NCBI GenBank assembly: GCA_965214775.1
Contig: OZ243974.1
Coordinates: 352,001 to 416,000, forward strand
Reading direction: 5' to 3'
Length of the DNA: 64,000 bases
From: Nitrosopumilus sp.
Lineage (GTDB): Archaea > Thermoproteota > Nitrososphaeria > Nitrososphaerales > Nitrosopumilaceae
Below are positions 19,531-29,032 of the stretch, piece by piece. The notes below the pieces were generated by a model. It was given only the letters and a program-made list of their open reading frames with translations, ran no database searches and had not been told where the DNA came from. Position 1 is the stretch's first letter; each line of letters begins with the position of its first letter. Made by a program: the position numbers and the translations under genes.

Positions 19531-19673
19531 CTGAGAGTTGATTCGAAATTAGCAGATTCGGATTATTTGTGGACGAATTTGCATGAAACGGCTCAAAACA
19601 CCAACAAAATGCAGGTTATCTGTTAAATTACTTGAGAAATTCGTACGGTTTCTAATTTCGGATCACCTCTCAG
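19531..19673. mobile_element. 143-bp MITE, family A, copy 2
   Basis: TIRs CTGAGAGTTGATTCGAAATTAG / CTAATTTCGGATCACCTCTCAG. A solo end occurs at ~21397-21413. Confidence 0.8.
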
Positions 19674-19820
19674 GGGCCTGGGGCTGACAGGCAACATGAC
19701 AAACGATTACGCGTTTACCACAAGGGTCTCCGGCCTAGGGGAACACGGCATAACTGATGCGATACTTGACGAGCTATGTGTGTATGGCGCCGAGCTGTCG
19801 GCCTGGTAGGTGCGGCGCAA

Positions 19821-19903
19821 GAGTTTATCCCTCAGGCTACACTACTGACTAGAGTCTTCATGATCACGCCTGCCACGCCGTATCTCAGGTGAGGGGTAAA
19901 CCC
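19821..19903. repeat. 83-bp IR-bounded dispersed repeat/MITE, family B
   Basis: GAGTTTATCCCTCA...TGAGGGGTAAACCC; homologous to 63387-63470, 63486-63567 and 28015-28090. Confidence 0.75.
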
Positions 19904-19963
19904 GTACGATCCGCGTGGCATCTCAATGTTTTTCAGGAATTCTGATGAATTAGGCGACAACCC

Positions 19964-19996
19964 CCGTCCCAGGCAGTGTCTGCGCTTTTCTCATCG
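19964..19996. repeat. Right direct repeat of the islet
   Basis: Matches 17129-17161. Confidence 0.85.
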
Positions 19997-21079
19997 CAAC
20001 AAAAGCCGCGCGCCGTCAGAGACGACTGCGACTTTTTGCCTCGTTCCCTGGGTCTTCAAAATGTAATCCATGGAATGCTTGATTCCAGGCAGGGAGACCA
20101 TGCCTAGCTTTTTTGCATAGAACTCGGGCAATATCGAGACCAGGCAGACTTGGAGATCTTTTTGAATCTCAGATAAGAACAATAGATCCTCCATTCCGCT
20201 GACGTACCTTGAGGGGTTTTTGAGCTGGTTCAGGGCCAGCCTGTCCTCGATAAAATGCTGCATGGCATCTGAGCCCAGTCCGGCCCCGCACTCTGCAACC
20301 AGTATTGCCAGACCGTCTTTTTTGACGGCGTTTGCGCAGTTCCAGAGCGAGGAGAGGGATCTTCCCAGGGTATCGCTGCTTGCTGCCTTGCCGGTGCTGA
20401 TTATCATTGTTTTATGACGCTGATCAGCGTCCCTGATGGAGTTGTTTTCCAAGATCCTGGCAGAAGAAGAGACCGTCTCAGACGGGTGCCCGATGAAAAA
20501 GTCAACTATTCCATGCGAGTTTGCGACTATTTCGATTCCCCGAATTTCAAAATTGTTTGAGAATTTTTTGGCTTCTTCCAGGCTTTCAGGATACTGCCCG
20601 GGGGCCGGAAGGTTTCCCTGTCGCTTTGCGTATGCGCCCAGCATGTACTCCTCGCCGAATTTCTTGGTCAGCCTGGTGGCAATCGTCTCGTATCCAAAGA
20701 GGCCGTCAAACTCCATTTCTGCCATGAAGACTAGGTTCGAGTTTGGGATTTCTGAGCTGTCAAACTCGTTGATCGAGCTTCCTTCAGGCAGGCCCGCCTT
20801 TACCTGGCCGATGATCTTTTTCTCGGCCAGTATTTTTGGGAATGGCCGCGACTTTTGCTCGCACATTGCAAACAGCAAAGAGATGATTTTTTGGATTGAT
20901 CTGGAGCTGTGCAACACCACAAGTTCTGTCTGTTTTGACAGATCGATCTGGTTGAGTTTTTCGTTGATCGCCGAATCGTCAAGTGTTTTTCCTTCAGAGT
21001 CGATTTTTTGTTCCAGGTTTTCAGCCTTTATGTCCAAGACCACGTCTGCAATACCGTAATTCAGCCAGATTTCAGGCAT
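19991..21079 (-). CDS. Conserved thaumarchaeal LarA (lactate racemase)-like fold protein
   Basis: MPEIWLNYG start, ILVAECGAGLGS, C-terminal VAVVSDGARLLLR. Confidence 0.75.
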   Translation of the reverse strand: MPEIWLNYGIADVVLDIKAENLEQKIDSEGKTLDDSAINEKLNQIDLSKQTELVVLHSSRSIQKIISLLFAMCEQKSRPFPKILAEKKIIGQVKAGLPEGSSINEFDSSEIPNSNLVFMAEMEFDGLFGYETIATRLTKKFGEEYMLGAYAKRQGNLPAPGQYPESLEEAKKFSNNFEIRGIEIVANSHGIVDFFIGHPSETVSSSARILENNSIRDADQRHKTMIISTGKAASSDTLGRSLSSLWNCANAVKKDGLAILVAECGAGLGSDAMQHFIEDRLALNQLKNPSRYVSGMEDLLFLSEIQKDLQVCLVSILPEFYAKKLGMVSLPGIKHSMDYILKTQGTRQKVAVVSDGARLLLR

Positions 21080-21537
21080 GATTCATACGTGGAATAGTCC
21101 AAGATAAACCAAGCGTAATGGCGAATCCCGGTACGGGGCATGCAGAATTACCGGCAGTCATTTTGCAGTACAGTACGGGATCCCTTGCAAAATCAGGCGC
21201 GAACGGCAAGTTTGAACGGATGTCTTACGCTAGAAGGTTTGGGGGCATGATGTCGCATCTATCTACAATGGTTTTGGCGGCTCAGACAAATGCCTTTCCA
21301 TCATCGTTTCAGATATAACTCTGATTCTTCATTGCAGCCAGTAGTTTTTTGGTTTGCCTGTTTTAAAACTAATGGGAGCGATGATGGGCGCCTGGTTTCT
21401 AATTTCGGATCAGTTTAGGCTGCCGGCACACATACGACGCAGGGCCGGAACACACGCACCAACCAACACACATGATCCCCGCCGATGCGTCGATCAGCGT
21501 CACGCTTATGAATGGTATTGCAGAACGGTATTCATTC

Positions 21538-24500
21538 ATGATTGTTCTGCATGCCGGCGTGGCTGACAACGGAATGGTGTTCTGGGGCGAGATCACAGCA
21601 GGCGACGACGGCAAGACTCGCAGGCCCGCAAGGGGCAGGAAGGCCAAGGTCATCAGGCATCCGTACTCTGCAACCGCGCAGGAGATCAACGACAGTTTTG
21701 CGGCGCAAAGGGGCATAAAGGTCAGGGGACGCTCCGTCGTTGCAAGCGTATGGCTTCCAAGTACAGTGGGCGGTCCGCTCCCTTCTTTGGGCGTGGGCGG
21801 CAGCATACAGCACGGATCCGTCGGGGGGGAGATCAGCATCGTTCGGTGGAGGATCAAGGCAGTGACGCTCTCGTGGATGGACTCCATACGGGTGCTCGCA
21901 GAGGTGGTACGCAACAAAAGCACGATAGCCGGAATGGCCGTAGGTCCTGACCTTGCATACTGGGCCGACGTCCTACGCCTTGCCGCATCGATAGTGGCAC
22001 GCCAAAAGTTCACGCCGGATCTGTCGACGTATGGCAACTCGTGTGAGGCATATTGGATCCCCCTGACCACGGGCAGGGAGCAGGAGCGGATTGACGCCCT
22101 GGCAGCCTGCATGCCGCCGGCCGCCCGCGCGCTTGATCACGCCAAGAAGACAGAACCCATGGAGCCGCCAGTCACGGTGCTCAGCGGTGCCCTGGCCAGC
22201 CTAGTTGACGGCATCGTGCGCGCCAGGGCGATGACAGATGTGCCGCGAGGATACTCTAGGCGGATGCGCTTTGACAGTACGGATGACGGCTGGCTTCACT
22301 CCCTGAGGACAGAGAACCCCGTCACAGGTAACAGGCAGGACGTCGCCATGCATGAGAAAAGCGTACGCAGATGGCAGTACGCGCTCAACGCCCTAGACGA
22401 CCCGCTTCTAAAGATGTGTCTCCGGCTCGAGGATCCCCAGGAAGGCGCGGCAGATGAATCCGGCCTGTACTGGCCCATCAGGTATTTCGTACAGTCCCGC
22501 AGGGATCCCGGCCTCATGGTTCCTGCCGACGAGATATGGAGTAAAAAGACTGCCATTCCGGGGATCAACGGCGCGTATGCAAGGGGATTCATGGCGACAA
22601 TGCTTGGGAACGCCGCCAGGATAGTAGCCGGAATGTCCGCAGGCATCGAAAAGTACGGGATGGCAGGATATGCCGTCGGTACCGCCGAGGCCCACAGGTT
22701 CCTGCGCGAGGAGGCGCCGATCCTAGAGCAGTTCGGATACGGCGTCATGCTGCCCTCGTGGTGGGCCGGCGGCCGCGCGGGAGCCGGACTGAGGGCGCGT
22801 GCCAGCGTGACATCCAGAATGAAGACGGGCAGGATGCTGGACATGAACTCCCTGGTCAGCTTCGACTGGAAGCTCGCCCTCGGAGATCAGAACATCACGC
22901 TAGATGAGTTGCGGGAACTTGCCGATGAAAAGGCGCCGCTGGTCAACATGCACGGCAGGTGGATCGAGACGGGGTCAGAGGAGATCCGGCGCACAGTAGA
23001 CTTTGTGACAGAAAACGAGACTGCTACTGTCCGCGACGCGGTGATGATGAAGATCGGCGCAGGCACCGCGCCTGAGTGGGCGGATCTTGAGATCTCCGGC
23101 AGCAGTGACGACAACAGGATTGCCGGCATGATGGGAATGCTCAGGGGGGACGACGCGGTAATGGATCAGCTGCCGCAGCCCGAAGGATTCAAAGGCACGC
23201 TGCGCCCGTACCAGCTGTATGGATACTCGTGGCTGTCGTTCCTGCAGGGGATCGGCATGGGCGGGTGCCTGGCCGACGACATGGGGTTGGGCAAGACCGT
23301 CCAGGTACTGGCTCTGATCCAGCAGTACATGCTGGAGGGCGGCAGGCAGCCAATACTCCTCGTCTGCCCGACATCGGTGATGGACAACTGGAAGAGGGAG
23401 GCAGCCAGGTTTGCCCCAGGCATCTCGGTGGCAATCCACCACGGAGCAGACAGGAAGAGTGGCGACGCGTTTGCAAAAGAGGCCGCAGGGTACGACATGA
23501 TGGTCTCCAGTTATGGCCTGGTACAGCGCGACATCGATTCGATCGGCAAGGTAATGTGGGGAGGCGTGGTACTTGACGAGGCACAGAACATCAAGAACGC
23601 CGACACTAGGCAGGCGCGTGCAGTCAGGACGCTGGATGCCGGGTTTCGCTTTGCGCTGACGGGCACGCCCGTCGAGAACAACGTCGGCGACATCTGGTCG
23701 ATAATGGAATTTCTCAACCCCGGGCTGCTCGGAACCCGTGCAGAGTTCAAGCGTAACTTTTTTGCGCCCATACAGACGAGGCGGGATGCCACGGCAACTG
23801 AGACGCTCAGGCGCATAGTAAGCCCGTTCATGCTGCGCAGGCTCAAGACGGACAGGTCGGTGATCTCCGACCTGCCAGAAAAGATGGAGACTAACACCTA
23901 CTGCTCGCTGACCCGCGAGCAGGCATCCCTGTATGCCGCCGTGCTCAAGGATCTCGAGGAGAGGATCAGTTCTGCCGAAGGCATACAGCGAAAGGGGCTC
24001 ATACTGGCAGCACTGACCAAGCTCAAGCAGATCTGCAACCATCCGGCGCACTTTCTCAAGGACGGCTCGGCCATACCGGACAGGTCCGGCAAGCTGTCAA
24101 GGCTGACTGAAATGCTCGAGGAGGCAACAGAGTCCGGCGACCAGGCGCTGATATTCACCCAGTTCGTCGAGATGGGCGAGATACTCAGGCAGCACATACG
24201 CAAGACGACCGGCCGCGAGGTGCCGTTCCTGCACGGCGGGACGTCAAGAGGGCAGCGCGAGGCGATGGTAGAGGGGTTTCAGGACGGCAGATCAGGGGTG
24301 CTTGTCGTCTCGCTCAAGGCAGGAGGTACAGGCCTAAACCTGACGGCTGCAAACCATGTGTTTCACTTTGACCGCTGGTGGAACCCGGCAGTCGAGGACC
24401 AGGCCACCGACAGGGCGTTTCGCATAGGGCAGGAGCGCAACGTCCAGGTGCACAAGATGGTATGCTCCGGTACGCTAGAAGAAAGGATAGACGAGATGAT

Positions 24501-24621
24501 ACGCCGCAAAAAGGAGATATCTGATGAGGTGATCGGCACCGGCGAGGGCTGGCTGACGAGCCTTTCTGATGATGACATCCGCAAGGTGCTGTCGCTGAGC
24601 AGGGAGGCCATCCAGATATGA
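21538..24621 (+). CDS. SNF2-family helicase/ATPase with DUF3670-like N-region
   Basis: LRPYQ, LADDMGLGKT, LDEAQ, ALTGTPVEN, SLKAGGTGLNL, WNPAVEDQATDRAFRIGQ. Confidence 0.95.
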   Translation: MIVLHAGVADNGMVFWGEITAGDDGKTRRPARGRKAKVIRHPYSATAQEINDSFAAQRGIKVRGRSVVASVWLPSTVGGPLPSLGVGGSIQHGSVGGEISIVRWRIKAVTLSWMDSIRVLAEVVRNKSTIAGMAVGPDLAYWADVLRLAASIVARQKFTPDLSTYGNSCEAYWIPLTTGREQERIDALAACMPPAARALDHAKKTEPMEPPVTVLSGALASLVDGIVRARAMTDVPRGYSRRMRFDSTDDGWLHSLRTENPVTGNRQDVAMHEKSVRRWQYALNALDDPLLKMCLRLEDPQEGAADESGLYWPIRYFVQSRRDPGLMVPADEIWSKKTAIPGINGAYARGFMATMLGNAARIVAGMSAGIEKYGMAGYAVGTAEAHRFLREEAPILEQFGYGVMLPSWWAGGRAGAGLRARASVTSRMKTGRMLDMNSLVSFDWKLALGDQNITLDELRELADEKAPLVNMHGRWIETGSEEIRRTVDFVTENETATVRDAVMMKIGAGTAPEWADLEISGSSDDNRIAGMMGMLRGDDAVMDQLPQPEGFKGTLRPYQLYGYSWLSFLQGIGMGGCLADDMGLGKTVQVLALIQQYMLEGGRQPILLVCPTSVMDNWKREAARFAPGISVAIHHGADRKSGDAFAKEAAGYDMMVSSYGLVQRDIDSIGKVMWGGVVLDEAQNIKNADTRQARAVRTLDAGFRFALTGTPVENNVGDIWSIMEFLNPGLLGTRAEFKRNFFAPIQTRRDATATETLRRIVSPFMLRRLKTDRSVISDLPEKMETNTYCSLTREQASLYAAVLKDLEERISSAEGIQRKGLILAALTKLKQICNHPAHFLKDGSAIPDRSGKLSRLTEMLEEATESGDQALIFTQFVEMGEILRQHIRKTTGREVPFLHGGTSRGQREAMVEGFQDGRSGVLVVSLKAGGTGLNLTAANHVFHFDRWWNPAVEDQATDRAFRIGQERNVQVHKMVCSGTLEERIDEMIRRKKEISDEVIGTGEGWLTSLSDDDIRKVLSLSREAIQI

Positions 24622-25622
24622 CACGATACGACCGGCACGACTCGATCGGCATGATCAAATGGGGCATCAAGATGAAGGCAGGCTCGTACTGGCCGCAAAG
24701 CAGGCCTATCCGCGAATGGATGCAGATGCTGGACGCATCATGCGCCGTTGAAGGCAGGGATCTGCGCCACTACGATGACAGGAAACTTCCAGGTCTCGAG
24801 ATTCTGGAGGCTGCAGAGACTGACATAACCACGGATTTTGGCAGGAAACTTGCAGAGAAAATCTTTGCGAGTGTCAAATCCGCTGTAGAGGCCCACACAG
24901 CCACGACGGATCTAGGCAGGATGCGTGCGCAAAGCGGACGAGTGACATCAATGGAGATGCACCTCGGACAGGTCAGTGCGTGGGTGCAGGAACCCGGAGA
25001 ATTCTCATGCAGGGTGGACATATGGATCGACGTAATTGGCATGCCTGCATGGAAGAGGTTGGCAGAGTTGCTGTCCACGCGGCCGGACATAGCCTCAGAA
25101 ATTCTTGCAAGAAGGATGCCTGACAACATAGAGCATTTATTCGAGTCAGCCGGCCAGCACCTCTTTCCTACAAGGGACGAGATCAAGGTAAGGTGCATGT
25201 GCAATGAAGAGGGCAAACTGTGCATGCATGCCATGGCCGTCTTTTTCGTGCTTGCCCAGGAGTGCGAACGCAATCCCTTTCTGATGCCGGTACTGCGCGG
25301 ATGCGTCATATCGGATCTGTTGGAGACGGCAGGTCTCGCACCTGCACCAGAGGAGGCGCCGGAGATCAGCGGCAAGCCAGACGAGCCGGCATCCGAGCCC
25401 CTGCCCGCGGATCCGGACGCCTTCTGGGGACGGAATACAGACGCATACGATCACGAGGACGCGTTTATTCCTGCCACAAACGCCGTGGTACCCAAGATGC
25501 TCGGGGAGCTCCCGCTCTGGCGGGGCAGCGACGACCTTGCCCCGATGATGGAGAAGATATACCGCGAGGCGTCCCAGGACGGCATGAGGCTGTTCCGGGG
25601 GGAGCCGCGCGACGGCATCTAA
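24618..25622 (+). CDS. SWIM zinc-finger protein, partner of SNF2
   Basis: LFPTRDEIKVRCMC...LCMH (CxC..CxH), NPFL..LRG; ATGA overlap with SNF2. Confidence 0.88.
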   Translation: MTRYDRHDSIGMIKWGIKMKAGSYWPQSRPIREWMQMLDASCAVEGRDLRHYDDRKLPGLEILEAAETDITTDFGRKLAEKIFASVKSAVEAHTATTDLGRMRAQSGRVTSMEMHLGQVSAWVQEPGEFSCRVDIWIDVIGMPAWKRLAELLSTRPDIASEILARRMPDNIEHLFESAGQHLFPTRDEIKVRCMCNEEGKLCMHAMAVFFVLAQECERNPFLMPVLRGCVISDLLETAGLAPAPEEAPEISGKPDEPASEPLPADPDAFWGRNTDAYDHEDAFIPATNAVVPKMLGELPLWRGSDDLAPMMEKIYREASQDGMRLFRGEPRDGI

Positions 25623-25851
25623 CTGAGGCAAGAACAGCCATCAGAGACGAGATTACACGATCCCGTCGCCGCCTAGTCTGTTGCATAACTTCATGTCCAG
25701 TCAAAAGACACCCGGTTTTGATCACAGTTAGATCCGAAATCGACTGCGGTTCTTATCTGGATTTATCACTTGGGACGAATTCAGGCAGAAAAAAATAGAG
25801 TTGGCAACAGGCTACACCAACGCAGGCATTAAGATGGCAGTCGCGTTGTGA

Positions 25852-26604
25852 TCAAGGCATATCGTCGTCGTCATACTGGAATGGGTCATACTTTTTCACC
25901 CCTTTGTCATTTAAGACATACGCCCTTCCAAGCGTCGTATTTTTGACGGTATCATACACGGACAGTATGTCCTTTTTTGTCCGATAGTTATGCATCGGGT
26001 TGCTAAAGTTATAGTCGCTTGTAAATATCAACACCTGCGAGACGTTCTTTGCAAGAAGATCCACTATGAGCGGCCCGTACTTTAGTCCCCAGCGCCCAAA
26101 GCCCTCTATTATCAACGGCAGGTCAATCCTGTATCTCTTGATTATTGCCACCAGCAGTGCATAATACGCGATGGTCGCCTCTGCTGCAGAAAGTGACTTT
26201 GGGACCATGATATGGTTCTTTTCTATCTTCAGAAAGTCAAGCCCGCCGCCATTCTTGTGCTCCTGGGTTATCCTGTTGAATATGTCATTTGCGTTGCCGG
26301 AAATTTCTGAAAACTCGCCTGTAAACTTCATTCCTGCAAAGTAGTCAAGAAGGTCATAATAGTCCAGATACTCTTCTACGAACATGAATCTTGCGTCATA
26401 GCCCCTCTCTTCGATCAGGTCAAGCTCCATGCTTCCGTCACGTCCAAGTAGAAAATACGACTGCATCTTCTCAAACAGCGCATGTCCCAGATCGGTATTG
26501 CAGATTACAAAATTGAGATTTCTGGTCTTACTGGTGGATAGCTTGATCTCGTATTTTTCATAGATGTTCCGGATTGTCTTGATTTTCAACTGCTTCCCTC
26601 CCAA
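25852..26604 (-). CDS. Degenerate DndD/SMC-like ABC-ATPase C-terminal fragment
   Basis: SLSAAEATIAYYALL..LPLIIEGFGR resembles the DndD signature/Walker B region (LSAGE...LPLIIDTPLGRLD); SQVLIFTSD. Confidence 0.5.
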   Translation of the reverse strand: MGGKQLKIKTIRNIYEKYEIKLSTSKTRNLNFVICNTDLGHALFEKMQSYFLLGRDGSMELDLIEERGYDARFMFVEEYLDYYDLLDYFAGMKFTGEFSEISGNANDIFNRITQEHKNGGGLDFLKIEKNHIMVPKSLSAAEATIAYYALLVAIIKRYRIDLPLIIEGFGRWGLKYGPLIVDLLAKNVSQVLIFTSDYNFSNPMHNYRTKKDILSVYDTVKNTTLGRAYVLNDKGVKKYDPFQYDDDDMP

Positions 26605-26852
26605 AGTATGAGGCGCTCAGGGCCATGGATGTCGTTAATCCCTGCAGGCAGCGCCATTGTGCCACGGTTAAAGTATGCGCGAGTCATCCTGTCAATATAC
26701 AACTCCGGATCCGGCCCGTCACGGTGCAACCGTTGGACCAACAGTGCTGCAAACATGGCATCACATCTGCCAAACAGAGCCAAGGGACGAGTCCCCGAAC
26801 CGTTCTCACCGAGCTCTTCTGGTTTTGGGGGAGGCGGATCGTTTAGTGACAT
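26586..26852 (-). pseudogene. DndE-like protein, 5'-truncated by an IS end
   Basis: SLNDPPPP..LFG..DAMFAALLVQRLHRDG.DPE....RAYFNRG fits the DndE pattern; an IS end starts at 26858. Confidence 0.6.
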
Positions 26853-26857
26853 GTATG

Positions 26858-26951
26858 GTACAACGTCAGGTTCTATTTATACGGGCAGGCAAAACATTTC
26901 TGGACCATCCCATGATCAGGCGCCCTTGCAGACATGGCTGGGCAGCAGACA
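26858..26951 (+). mobile_element. Solo IS66-like end (GTACAAC family)
   Basis: Reverse-complement homolog of 46778-46879; same TIR family as MITE 46663-46744. Confidence 0.7.
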
Positions 26952-27104
26952 TTATGACATCATCATCATTATTATTATCATCGCAGGTTTGGAGTTTACG
27001 GGGCAGTACAGCACCGGCATCCGGGCCAAAAAAAAAATTTTTTGTTTGCTTATTTTTTATCTTTGTTTTTTTAGTCTCATCCTCAGATTTGATAATAAAT
27101 CAGG

Positions 27105-27178
27105 TGGGCCCGAAGGGCTTCGATCCCTTGGCTCACCGGTTATGAGCCGGTTACTCTACCAGGCTGAGTTACGGGCCC
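27105..27178 (-). tRNA. tRNA with CAT anticodon, probably tRNA-Ile2
   Basis: GGGCCCGTAACTCAGCCTGGTAGAGTAACCGG-CTCATAA-CCGGT...CGGGCCCA; a GGGCCC acceptor stem is typical of archaeal tRNA-Ile. Confidence 0.9.
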
Positions 27179-27219
27179 CAAGCACATGAGCTTGCCCTCG
27201 GGTATAAAATGTTATGAGG

Positions 27220-27870
27220 CTAGCGGCAGTACCTGTCATAACAGCCGTCAAGCAACAGATTTTGCGCAGAGATCGACTTGTCTGCAATCCCTACCAGGTA
27301 GTGGCAGTTGTCCTCCGAGTCGGCTGCTGCGGATTCCTCAAGAATGCTTCTCCATGATGCAGCATGCCTGATGTCGGCCTCCGTGTGCAGTTTAAAGTAT
27401 TCCGTGGATTCCTCGTTTGTCATTCCGTAAAATTCTGCCAATCCATCAAGCTTGGTCTGGCTGATTTTTGGAATCTCCTTCTCAAGTGCATACATGGCAC
27501 ATGCCCCGCCCTCAAAGGTATGCATCAGTTTGCCAAGATCCGAGACGGCCTTCTGTGTTTTTGCCAGTCCCCAATATGAGACCAGTTCCTCCTCTGAGAT
27601 TCCCAGCTGGCCGGCAAACGAGATCCAGGGTTTTATGTGATCAGACTCCTCCTGCCGGTTTTCTTCTAGTTGGCCAACGGCAGAGCCCGGGGCCTTTTCG
27701 ATTATAGGAGTCATGAAAGACGGAATCGCCCTTACCAGTTGAAAGTATTCCCTTGAATATCCTGCCAGCGATTCTTTTGTCAGATTTCCGTCAGACCACA
27801 TCTGATAGAACGGGTGCTTGAGCAGGCTTCTTTCTTCAATCATTTCGTCGATTTTTTTTGTCAGATTCAT
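27220..27870 (-). CDS. PqqC/TenA/CADD-like diiron protein
   Basis: LLKHPFYQMW, EEXXH (EESDH), YFKLHTEADIRH. Confidence 0.88.
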   Translation of the reverse strand: MNLTKKIDEMIEERSLLKHPFYQMWSDGNLTKESLAGYSREYFQLVRAIPSFMTPIIEKAPGSAVGQLEENRQEESDHIKPWISFAGQLGISEEELVSYWGLAKTQKAVSDLGKLMHTFEGGACAMYALEKEIPKISQTKLDGLAEFYGMTNEESTEYFKLHTEADIRHAASWRSILEESAAADSEDNCHYLVGIADKSISAQNLLLDGCYDRYCR

Positions 27871-27920
27871 GTCAGAACTGGCCTTTAGCCGATAAAAAAA
27901 TCTTTGCGGCTTCTTCGTAA

Positions 27921-28017
27921 GAGTATAAGGCAACGGAATGTCTAGCAAATACGTCTGACTGAGAAGCGCACACTCGCAGTGGCCCGTGCAGGGAATCAGC
28001 ATAATTTGATATCGGAG
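27921..28017 (+). mobile_element. Solo 3' end of an IS110 element
   Basis: Encodes EYKATECLANTSD*; homologous to 63293-63389. Confidence 0.8.
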
Positions 28018-28146
28018 TTTACCCCACCACTCCCTAGGCTGCACTGCCGGCCAAGATCCTGATCAACATATACCTCACGCCGCATCCTAGGGCGCGCCAG
28101 TTCACTGCTCAGGCCTATGGTCTTACCGCACCCCGGCAGATGCGGG

Positions 28147-28632
28147 TCATATCTGCAGTTTTGACTTTATCTTGGTTATGTCGTTTTCTATCCTCTCGAA
28201 CCGAGAGTCAAGCATCTCGTGGATGTTGGATGAAAGATCTCGGATCTCCGTTATGGTCTGATCCTGCTTGTCCAGCATCTGTCTCTGCCCTGCGGCAATG
28301 TCATTCAGGTACATGGCCTCGGTAGCAAAGCCCTCGACAATCTCGCTTTCCATGTTTCCTGCCACTATCCTGAATGTCTTGAACCTTCCGGTACCCTCTG
28401 AGTACTGCACGTCGATGTCGTCTACCTGCACCGGCTCTTTGCTGTCCCTTATTGAGGCGACAAGCCCCTCAATGTCCTCCCTTTTGCCCTCGCACTCTAT
28501 CATGACCGTGCCGTCATCAAGGTTCTCGACGTGTCCGGTGATTCTCCGGCGGCCTGCCTCGCTCCTTACCCGGTAGCGAAAACCGACGCCTTGGACGATT
28601 CCGCTTGCGTGTATCCGTGCAGCATGTCGCAT
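28147..28632 (-). CDS. Acylphosphatase with C-terminal coiled-coil extension
   Basis: SGIVQGVGFRY, GHVENLDDGTV. Confidence 0.9.
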   Translation of the reverse strand: MRHAARIHASGIVQGVGFRYRVRSEAGRRRITGHVENLDDGTVMIECEGKREDIEGLVASIRDSKEPVQVDDIDVQYSEGTGRFKTFRIVAGNMESEIVEGFATEAMYLNDIAAGQRQMLDKQDQTITEIRDLSSNIHEMLDSRFERIENDITKIKSKLQI

Positions 28633-28924
28633 GTTCTCATGTGTGGTACGTCGTTATTATATTTTAGACGCAGGGCGGGGGCAAACTCTTGCCCGGCCGG
28701 CAGTGCCATAGTGCGTGCAGTTGAAAATCGAATATTTTTTTGGCAAAACAGGCACGATGTGACAAAATTATATTCCATTTTTTGATGTTGGTACTACGCC
28801 TGAGGGGTAAACTCTTTCTTCTTGTTGTTATCGTCGTCGTTCTTGCTCCTCCTGCTCCTCCTGCTCCTCCTCTTCTTCCTCTTCTTACAAAAGATTTTAT
28901 GGTCAAAATACGGAATTTTGTTGG

Positions 28925-29018
28925 GTTCCAGTGGTGTAGACCGGTCAAGCATACTGCCCTTTCAAGGCAGTGATCCCGGGTTCAAAATCCGTTGATGAAA
29001 GTCCCGGCTGGAGCACCA
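28925..29018 (+). tRNA. tRNA-Glu(TTC) with 15-nt non-canonical T-loop intron (~28987-29001)
   Basis: Acceptor GTTCCAG/CTGGAGC, anticodon arm CTGCC-CTTTCAA-GGCAG, T-loop expanded to 22 nt with a bulge-helix-bulge; CCA encoded. Confidence 0.92.
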
Positions 29019-29032
29019 AGATTTAATTACCA

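Noticed and set aside
21100-27178. Integrative element with att sites at the tRNA(CAT)
   Set aside because: No duplicate of the tRNA 3' end and no integrase were found.
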